From the NCBI GenBank assembly GCA_041500405.1, contig JBGQMB010000003.1, positions 1 to 42,944 of the forward strand: a stretch of 42,944 nucleotides of DNA. Direction: 5' to 3'. This stretch comes from Candidatus Micrarchaeia archaeon (GTDB lineage Archaea > Micrarchaeota > Micrarchaeia > Anstonellales > J096). How positions within the stretch are numbered: position 1 is the stretch's first letter; each line of letters begins with the position of its first letter. Of this stretch, positions 36,816-42,944 are shown in pieces. The position numbers and the translations under genes were made by a program. The notes beneath the pieces are model-generated. The model saw only the letters and a list, made by a program, of their open reading frames with translations. It did no database searches and was not told where the DNA came from.

Positions 36816-38324
36816 GCCAAAACGCTCCAGAAGCCCCGGTTTTACAACACCAACCTCGCCATGGGCGCTCTTTCCCTTAAAGGCCATGGACCAGCCGGTT
36901 ATGTAAAGATCATTGAAAATAACGCTTTCTCCGCCAAATTTGGCATCTATCCCCCGCTCCTTGAACAGGGTTTTAACCACGGAAATGGCATCCTCTATTT
37001 TCACGCTCTTGTCCGCAATGACGAAACCGAGCTCCACAGCCTCCTTTCCATCATATACCCGATCCTTTTCGAAAAATCTCATCGGAAGCGGCTTCATCTT
37101 GTTTTTTCCAACGGTTTTCAGCAGCTCTATGACAGTGGTGTTCTTTACCGCATTCAGCTCGTCCGTGAGCGGGTTTGATATTTCCAGGAGCTTGGCCTTT
37201 GACGGCAGTATCTCGCCATATTCCTTTTTGTCGCAAAGGTAGAAATTTTTAGCCTCAATGAAGCCCATGCTTTCAAATATTTCCCTTTCAACATCCTGCT
37301 TTTTTGCGCCGACATGGTAGATGCTGCCCTTGTCAGGCTCAATATTACAATATCCATATCCAATGAGCGCATCCTCTATTATGTCAATCTTGCCTGAAAT
37401 ATCCTTTCTGTACGGCGGCGCAACCGCCTTGTTGTTTGAGTATTTTATATTCATTCTTGAAAGGCACTCCGCCGTCTTTTTCTCGTCGAATTCAAACCCT
37501 GCGATTTTGCTGATATCCTTTGGCTTTATCCTGACTGTTTTAGAGGAAAGGTCCGGATAGGGCGTTTTGCCGACCTTTATCCTGAATATTTTTCCGCCCC
37601 TGTCAGCAAGCGCGCACACCACTATGTTAAGCACATATTCAAGCGTGTCCCTGTTGGTTCCGGTTATATCTATCAGGAAGTTCCTTGTGCCTTCCTTGAC
37701 CTTGGTCCTGTCGCAGTTTATTATCGGCGGAACTGATATTATTCCTTTGCTGTCTTCAACAACAGGGTACTTCCCCTTTTCCACAAGGTGCGCATATGCC
37801 CTGCCCTTCTCGTGCTTCTGGAGCATTTCGCCTATGCCCATCTCTTCCGTCATTCCCAATGGAATAAATTTTCCTTCCTTTACTTCCCTGAACCTTAATG
37901 GGAATTCTACGCTGTCAAGGTCATGTATGCCGATGGCCGCCTTTTTCCTTTTCCTTCCAAGCGTCTCATGCATCTTCTCCTGCGCGTCCATTATCTCCTC
38001 ATATAAATATTCGGTGTCTTTGACATCCTTCACTGCCGCGCAAACGACAAACGGCCTGCTGCTTGTTTTTCTGGCTTCCATCCTGTAATTCGGCTCGTCT
38101 GCGGCGGAGTATTCGTAAAACCTGCTTTTTGAGTATCCGTTCAGCGCCCTGAGTATTCCCTCGAGCGTGAGCAGGTCCGGCCTGTTTGGGGTAACCTCAA
38201 CAGTGACCTTTCCTTCCGCTATCTCGGTTGGCATCCCCATGCCGTCCATCATGTCCTTTATCTGTTTTTGCTCAAGCCCGGTCTTTTTTGAGATATATCC
38301 CAAGTCGTAGGTCACAACAGCCAT
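36771..38324 (-). CDS. pheT: Phenylalanine-tRNA ligase beta subunit
   Basis: EVTPNRPDLL, QEKMHETLGRKRKKAAIGIHDLD, SVPPIIN, PPYRKDI, DIIEDALIGYGY. Confidence 0.95.
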   Translation of the reverse strand: MAVVTYDLGYISKKTGLEQKQIKDMMDGMGMPTEIAEGKVTVEVTPNRPDLLTLEGILRALNGYSKSRFYEYSAADEPNYRMEARKTSSRPFVVCAAVKDVKDTEYLYEEIMDAQEKMHETLGRKRKKAAIGIHDLDSVEFPLRFREVKEGKFIPLGMTEEMGIGEMLQKHEKGRAYAHLVEKGKYPVVEDSKGIISVPPIINCDRTKVKEGTRNFLIDITGTNRDTLEYVLNIVVCALADRGGKIFRIKVGKTPYPDLSSKTVRIKPKDISKIAGFEFDEKKTAECLSRMNIKYSNNKAVAPPYRKDISGKIDIIEDALIGYGYCNIEPDKGSIYHVGAKKQDVEREIFESMGFIEAKNFYLCDKKEYGEILPSKAKLLEISNPLTDELNAVKNTTVIELLKTVGKNKMKPLPMRFFEKDRVYDGKEAVELGFVIADKSVKIEDAISVVKTLFKERGIDAKFGGESVIFNDLYITGWSMAFKGKSAHGEVGVVKPGLLERFGLDFPVVCGFVREGG

Positions 38325-38341
38325 ATTTGTCTATCCCCGTC

Positions 38342-39121
38342 TCATTTTTTAACCCTTAACATAAGCCTTCCCTTCGGCACCAGCGCAGACGCCTCTTCCT
38401 CCCTGCATTTCAGCAGGCCCATCATTTTTTTCACTGCCTGGGGCTTCTGCATGTTTCCGCCGGGCCTTATTTCCGCGCATCTTTCAAATCCAGGGTCCAG
38501 ATTCCATGGCGAGCACATTGTTTTGCCGTCCCTATTGCCTATCAGCAGGCCGAGCACGCTGTGCTTGTACCATTCCCTTTCGCCGCTTATGCCGAAGCCT
38601 CCCTTTTTCAGGTTTCCCTCGCTGACGGTTTTTGTTATCTGCCCCTTCTTTGCAGCAAAAACGTCAACCTCATTATATCCCAGCTCCCATGCGCTGCTGT
38701 ATGATGCCGCGAAAACAGAGCACTCAATTTTCTCCCGTATATCGGCATCAACGCCGCCTTTCATTATGACAACTGCGCCGCCGTGGATGTCGGCGTGGAA
38801 AAACAAGTCAGCGTCTTCCATGTATTTTTTGACAAGCTCCTCGTTGTCTTCGGCGCTCTTTCCTGCCACACAGAGCCTGCCCTTGCTTGTGATGAAATAC
38901 CTGAAATGCTCAAACCACTCCTTTTTTTGCGGTGGTTTAACTGCGGCATCAATCTTTACCTTCTGCTTCACGCCCTCTTTTTCCATCTTTGCTATCCTTT
39001 TTTCCATGCCAGCCAAGGCTTCTCCGGCCTTGGACGCCTTTTCCTTGTATCGCTTGCTTTCAGAATAGTATATATCCGCGTTCTGCTTGGCATTTTTTCC
39101 AAGCAGCAGCCTTATTCTCAC
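38342..39121 (-). CDS. Short NFACT RNA-binding (DUF814) protein, Rqc2/NEMF C-terminal-like
   Basis: NADIYY coiled coil, WFEHFRYFITS, GKSAEDNE, FFHADIHGG, YSSAW; GTG 39121 overlaps the uppS stop. Confidence 0.85.
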   Translation of the reverse strand: MRIRLLLGKNAKQNADIYYSESKRYKEKASKAGEALAGMEKRIAKMEKEGVKQKVKIDAAVKPPQKKEWFEHFRYFITSKGRLCVAGKSAEDNEELVKKYMEDADLFFHADIHGGAVVIMKGGVDADIREKIECSVFAASYSSAWELGYNEVDVFAAKKGQITKTVSEGNLKKGGFGISGEREWYKHSVLGLLIGNRDGKTMCSPWNLDPGFERCAEIRPGGNMQKPQAVKKMMGLLKCREEEASALVPKGRLMLRVKK

Positions 39122-39831
39122 TTCTTTCCGAACCTCCTGTCCCGTTTTGCGTATTCCTCGAGCGCGGCCATGACGTCTCTTTCCTCTATTTCCGGCCAAA
39201 GCTTGTCCATGAAACAGAATTCGCTGTAAACGGATTGCCATGGCATCAGCCCCGAGAGCCTTTTCTCCCCCGATGTCCTGACTATCAGGTCCGGGTCGGG
39301 CAGGCCCGCCGTGTAAAGATACCTTGAGAACGTTTCCTCGTCAACGTCCTTTATTCCATCATTGATTATCCGGTTTATTGCATCCAGTATTTCCTGCCTT
39401 CCGCCGTAGCCCATAAGGAAATTCACCGTGTAAGGCCCGTTGTTCCTTGTGGCTTCCATGACCTTTTTTATCGCAGCCCTGATGCTCTGCGGGAAACGCT
39501 CAATGCTTCCGAAGAAGTTGACCTTGACTTTCCTTTTTCTTTCGTCATTCTGCTTTGTGTATTCGTCCATGCCCTTTGAGAGGAATTCATTGAATAGGGA
39601 AAAAAGTACGTTCTTTTCCTCGTCGCTTCTGTTGAAGTTCTCGGTGCTGAACGCCCAGAAGCTCACGGCCTCGACGCCCTTGACTTCAGAAAGCCATTTG
39701 ACAATGTCCCCGGTTTTCCTTATGCCGATATCATATGATTCCCTGAATCCCTTGTTGTTCTTCTTGGCCCATCTCCTGAGCCCGTCAGGAATGAACACGA
39801 TGTGCCTCGGCACCCTTGCGTCATTGTCCAT
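39118..39831 (-). CDS. uppS: cis-prenyltransferase (polyprenyl diphosphate synthase)
   Basis: HIVFIPDGLRRWA, FSTENFNR, YGGRQEI, PDLIVRTSGEKRLSG, RRFG. Confidence 0.95.
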   Translation of the reverse strand: MDNDARVPRHIVFIPDGLRRWAKKNNKGFRESYDIGIRKTGDIVKWLSEVKGVEAVSFWAFSTENFNRSDEEKNVLFSLFNEFLSKGMDEYTKQNDERKRKVKVNFFGSIERFPQSIRAAIKKVMEATRNNGPYTVNFLMGYGGRQEILDAINRIINDGIKDVDEETFSRYLYTAGLPDPDLIVRTSGEKRLSGLMPWQSVYSEFCFMDKLWPEIEERDVMAALEEYAKRDRRFGKK

Positions 39832-39863
39832 GATGGGATAACTTTACTAAAATTTAAATATGC

Positions 39864-40089
39864 AATGGGACGGGCGGCATAGCCCCCTTTCTGTTTATAA
39901 GGCGGCATTGGTCTGTATCAGTCCCTTCAACCCAGCCCCCAGGGCCGTTTCATTCCCTGCCGCGTCCTCTCGTTTCCTCATATTCATCGTCCGCGCGGGA
40001 TTCCGTTTCTGCTCCCTGGAGAATTTGCACGCTGGTCCGGGAGGGGAACTTCCTCCGTTTCCGGAAGCCGCCTGCTCGCCCGCCCCATT
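39864..40089 (-). ncRNA. rnpB: RNase P RNA (compact, ~226 nt)
   Basis: Minus strand: P1 ATGGGGCGGGCG/CGCCCGTCCCAT, P2 AGGCGGC/GCCGCCT, CR-I GAGGAAGTTCCCC, CAGAAAC, TGAAACGGCC, CR-V AACAGAAAGGGGGCTAT. Confidence 0.88.
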
Positions 40090-40125
40090 CAGTATAAGCA
40101 AGGAAGAGTTAATAAAACCAGGTTT

Positions 40126-40458
40126 TCAGCTGAACTCGCACGTTGCAGCGTCAAACGTCATTTCAGAGCCCAAAAGAAGGCCTAGGAACCACGGCACAAG
40201 TATGACCATGACAAGGCCTATCAGCGCGCCTATGAACATGCTGTTTGCCCAGACGTTGGCTTTTGCCCTTGCCTCAGCCCCAAAGAATTGGCCTACCGCG
40301 AACACAATGGCTGAAAGAAGTATCATTATGAACGCCAAGTCCCCAACATAGGAATAAAGCTGCTGGCAGAAGCCCTGGAGTGCGCTCTCGAGCGTATCCT
40401 GCGCCATAGCACTCGCCAGCAAGGCGAGCGACAAGCCAAACCCAAGGGTTTTCTTCAT
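40126..40458 (-). CDS. VirB2/TrbC-like pilin (signal peptide plus two hydrophobic helices)
   Basis: Signal peptide, TM1, GQFFGAEARAKANVW linker, TM2; paralog of the adjacent gene. Confidence 0.6.
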   Translation of the reverse strand: MKKTLGFGLSLALLASAMAQDTLESALQGFCQQLYSYVGDLAFIMILLSAIVFAVGQFFGAEARAKANVWANSMFIGALIGLVMVILVPWFLGLLLGSEMTFDAATCEFS

Positions 40459-40464
40459 CTGTTA

Positions 40465-40818
40465 TCACGTTGGGCATGCCGTGTCCAAGCTCAGCTCTGG
40501 AGCCAACAGCCCTATAAGGGCCGGAACCGCAAGCACTACTATTATTGCGATAAGGACGCCGATTATCATGTTCTGCGCCCAGCTCTGCGCCTTTTGCTTC
40601 ACGTCCGCGCCGAACACCTGGCCGACCATATAGATGACGCCTGCGAATATTATCACGACGACTATGATTATCGGCAGGATTCCCTTAAGGCCGTTGTATA
40701 TCTCGCATCCAACGCCTGAGAACCTTGAGCCAACGTCATCGGTTGCCGCAACTGCGCCGCACAACACTGCCGCAACCAAGGCGGCAAACAGAATGTTCCT
40801 GTTCATCTTGAGCACCAT
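40465..40818 (-). CDS. VirB2/TrbC-like pilin (signal peptide plus two hydrophobic helices)
   Basis: Signal peptide, TM1, GQVFGADVKQKAQSW linker, TM2. Confidence 0.6.
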   Translation of the reverse strand: MVLKMNRNILFAALVAAVLCGAVAATDDVGSRFSGVGCEIYNGLKGILPIIIVVVIIFAGVIYMVGQVFGADVKQKAQSWAQNMIIGVLIAIIVVLAVPALIGLLAPELSLDTACPT

Positions 40819-40854
40819 TTTTCCTAATTGGACACAAAACCTTAAAAATGGCGG

Positions 40855-41388
40855 CTAAACCCGCTTTACGTACTTGCGGATTATGCCCAGCGCTTTCTGG
40901 AGATCATTGTCGCTTACGCCGTCATTTTCAAGATGCAGCTGCACAGATTTCAGGAAAGCAGCGTCGCCGGCTTCGATTTCTATCATCTTGGAGCCGCCGG
41001 CCGTGCAATCCGCCTCCAGCTGGGCCAGGCTTCTAAGCAGCGTCCTGCCCCACAGGTGGTTGGAGCCAAAAACTGTGCTGCTGTCCGTTCCTTCAACCGG
41101 GTTGGGGAATCTCCAGCCCATCCTCCTGAAGACCGGCCTAAGCGCAGTCTCGGTCTTTTCGCTGAGCGTCTTGTTTCCGGATATCTCGTCATATGCCTGT
41201 TTCAGCAGGGCCGCATCGTCCGCCCCTCCAGGAAACGGATTCTGTGCCGCAGTGTCCTGCGAGAATTGATCAAATTGCTCCTTGAGGACTGCAAATATCT
41301 CGCGCACCCTTTTGGAGCGCACGCACGCCTTTTTCTTCAGGCCCGCACCAACGGCATTCCTTGCGTCTTTAACGTTTTTTATCATCAT
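40855..41388 (-). CDS. Hypothetical protein
   Basis: ~177-aa ORF filling the gap; GGTAG upstream of ATG 41388; no recognised motif. Confidence 0.6.
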   Translation of the reverse strand: MMIKNVKDARNAVGAGLKKKACVRSKRVREIFAVLKEQFDQFSQDTAAQNPFPGGADDAALLKQAYDEISGNKTLSEKTETALRPVFRRMGWRFPNPVEGTDSSTVFGSNHLWGRTLLRSLAQLEADCTAGGSKMIEIEAGDAAFLKSVQLHLENDGVSDNDLQKALGIIRKYVKRV

Positions 41389-41443
41389 GGAACTACCTAT
41401 CAGTAGTGGTGTGAGAAACACCTTTTAAAGCTATTTACCACAG

Positions 41444-42409
41444 TCAGCCTTCCAGCGCGTCCGTCATCTCCTTGTTCGCCTTTTCATACGCCTCGTCTAT
41501 ATCGGACGGCGGGAATATGCCCACATTGGTTATATATGCGGCTATATTCCTTGCAGGCGTCTGGTCAAACGCCGGATTAAGGATATCGAGCCTCTTTGGC
41601 GGCTTTTCCCAAATCTCCTTCGGGTCCCTTTTCTCTATATGCACGTTGAACCCGAACGCAGTGTCCGGGTCGAACTTCAGCGCTTCGGCAACCGAGACGA
41701 ACGGCTTGGCATATGCCCTGAACACCATGGACAGCGAACAGCTCCCTATCTTGTTTATCAGGTCGCCTGTCGACGTTATCGCATCCGCCCCGACCATCGC
41801 AAGGTCCGCCTTTTTCGCATATGTCGCCATCGCGCCGTCAACTATGAAATGCGTTTCAATGCCGTGCGCCGAAAGCTCTGTTGCGGTTATCCTTCCCTGG
41901 TATCTTGGCCTTGTCTCGCACACGTAAACCTTGTCTATCTTGCCCATGTTATAAGCCTTTTTTATCACATTTGTTACGGACGAGGAATGGCAGTATGTCA
42001 TCACCGTTGTCCCGTTTTCGATGTAATTCGCGCCTATTTCCGCCATCTTTTCCATGTTTTCATTCATCATGGATTCCATCCTGCTTGCGGCGCCCTTTAG
42101 CTTTGCCCTTATTTTTTCGCTTTTGCCAGCTATTTTTTTATCCTCAAGCAGGGCGACGCCGTATTTGATTATTCCGGAAAGAATCGCCCTTGTCATCGGT
42201 TCAGTGGGCCGTGCGTTCATTATCCTTAGGGCGATTTCGCTTATCCTGCTTACCAATGCCTTGCTGTCCTTTGTCTTGGTTTCATTTGCTGCGAGCCTTA
42301 TGGCCCACAGGGAGCCGAGCGTGACGTTTCGTGCGCCCTGTATGCCCAGCGTCTCTATATCCCTTTCAATCTGCTTCCAGTTCCTGTATTTTGAAAAATC
42401 TGCCGCCAT
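41444..42409 (-). CDS. Ribose-1,5-bisphosphate isomerase (eIF2B-like family)
   Basis: IQGA, RPTEP, TYCHSSSV (catalytic Cys), ETRPRYQG, GADAI (catalytic Asp), NKIG, NPAFD. Confidence 0.85.
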   Translation of the reverse strand: MAADFSKYRNWKQIERDIETLGIQGARNVTLGSLWAIRLAANETKTKDSKALVSRISEIALRIMNARPTEPMTRAILSGIIKYGVALLEDKKIAGKSEKIRAKLKGAASRMESMMNENMEKMAEIGANYIENGTTVMTYCHSSSVTNVIKKAYNMGKIDKVYVCETRPRYQGRITATELSAHGIETHFIVDGAMATYAKKADLAMVGADAITSTGDLINKIGSCSLSMVFRAYAKPFVSVAEALKFDPDTAFGFNVHIEKRDPKEIWEKPPKRLDILNPAFDQTPARNIAAYITNVGIFPPSDIDEAYEKANKEMTDALEG

Positions 42410-42505
42410 GAGGGCATTTTGCTTGGAATGTTTAAATGCTTAACGGAAGCCCTGGCCAATCAACATCAACGAACATTTAAAAAAACATATGACAAAAGCC
42501 CCTTT

Positions 42506-42634
42506 ATGGCAACAAAAACCTCGGAAAAGGACAAATCGGTCAACGGCAGCGGAAATGGAAATCCTTCTGCGCAATCCCTTGAAAGGCTCAAGCTTGAGCC
42601 AGCAAACTTGGAAGAGCACACAAGCAAGCTCTGA
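42506..42634 (+). pseudogene. Possible truncated gene remnant (42 aa) facing tRNA-Cys
   Basis: TTTAAA box upstream, N-terminus-like sequence MATKTSEKDK..., stops 6 nt before the repeat element. Confidence 0.3.
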
Positions 42635-42640
42635 CAAACG

Positions 42641-42684
42641 TTTTTCTTTCCGCAGGAGCTTTCTTTTTTCTAAAAAGAAAGGGA
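42641..42684 (-). repeat. tRNA-adjacent palindromic element, copy B
   Basis: Minus strand TCCCTTTCTTTTTAGAAAAAAGAAAGCTCCTGCGGAAAGAAAAA, 2 nt after the tRNA-Cys 3' end. Confidence 0.7.
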
Positions 42685-42686
42685 CT

Positions 42687-42757
42687 AGCTGGATGAGGGA
42701 GTCGAACCCCCCTAGTCCGCTCTGCAGGCGGATACATAGCCGATCTGCCATTCCAGC
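42687..42757 (-). tRNA. tRNA-Cys(GCA)
   Basis: Minus strand GCTGGAA...TCCGC-CTGCAGA-GCGGA...GGGGG-TTCGACT-CCCTC-ATCCAGC-T; U73 discriminator. Confidence 0.9.
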
Positions 42758-42871
42758 CCTTTCTAACAACTATGAGCATCGGTTTTAATACCTTACTTGT
42801 GTGTTAGTTAAGGATTACTTGTGTTGATATCTTTTTAAACTGTTGTGTACACCACTACCTTGGTGCGTCAG

Positions 42872-42944
42872 ATGGAACAGCGCTTGGCCGAGGAAAGGAA
42901 GGAAGCAACCGCTCAAAAGGAGTCGTCAGCATCAGCCTACTACA
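42872..42944 (+). CDS. 5' fragment of an ORF running off the window (MEQRLAEERKEATAQ...)
   Basis: ATG 42872 after a TTTTTAAA box and GGTG; open to the window end. Confidence 0.45.
   Translation, partial: MEQRLAEERKEATAQKESSASAYY

Noticed and set aside
39860-40351. ORFs 39860-40351(+) and 39895-40101(-)
   Set aside because: They overlap the RNase P RNA and a pilin gene and show no protein-like features
1-42944. CRISPR array, cas1, reverse transcriptase, integrase or transposase
   Set aside because: No regularly spaced repeat-spacer array and no ORF with RT (YxDD), tyrosine/serine recombinase or DDE motifs was seen

Overview
This is an archaeal chromosomal window. It carries uL16/L10e, thermosome, proteasome beta, aCPSF1, DtdA, PheT, UppS, tRNA-Arg(CCT), tRNA-Cys(GCA) and a very short RNase P RNA. 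The compact gene packing and gene families suggest a DPANN archaeon, probably Micrarchaeota (inference). About 3.4-18.1 kb is a surface-glycan cluster: GDP-heptose pathway, HldD-like epimerase, C-methyltransferase, Gmd, Fcl-like reductase, radical SAM and four glycosyltransferases. A TadA/TadC pilus pair, a split class II RNR and two VirB2-like pilins are also present. The most notable unexplained structures are: (1) an accessory gene next to tRNA-Arg with a DGR variable-region signature (run of NNC codons plus a CCCC-GAA-GGGG hairpin) but no RT or template repeat in the window; (2) a ~43-bp palindromic element just 3' of both tRNAs, with inverted copies bracketing that gene; (3) a 1.1-kb HTH-MNT/HEPN cassette between direct repeats of the tadC 3' end, with no integrase; (4) an AT-rich orphan Cas2/VapD-like ORF; (5) a 29-aa tandem duplication in DtdA. 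All calls come from motif recognition by eye; no searches were run.
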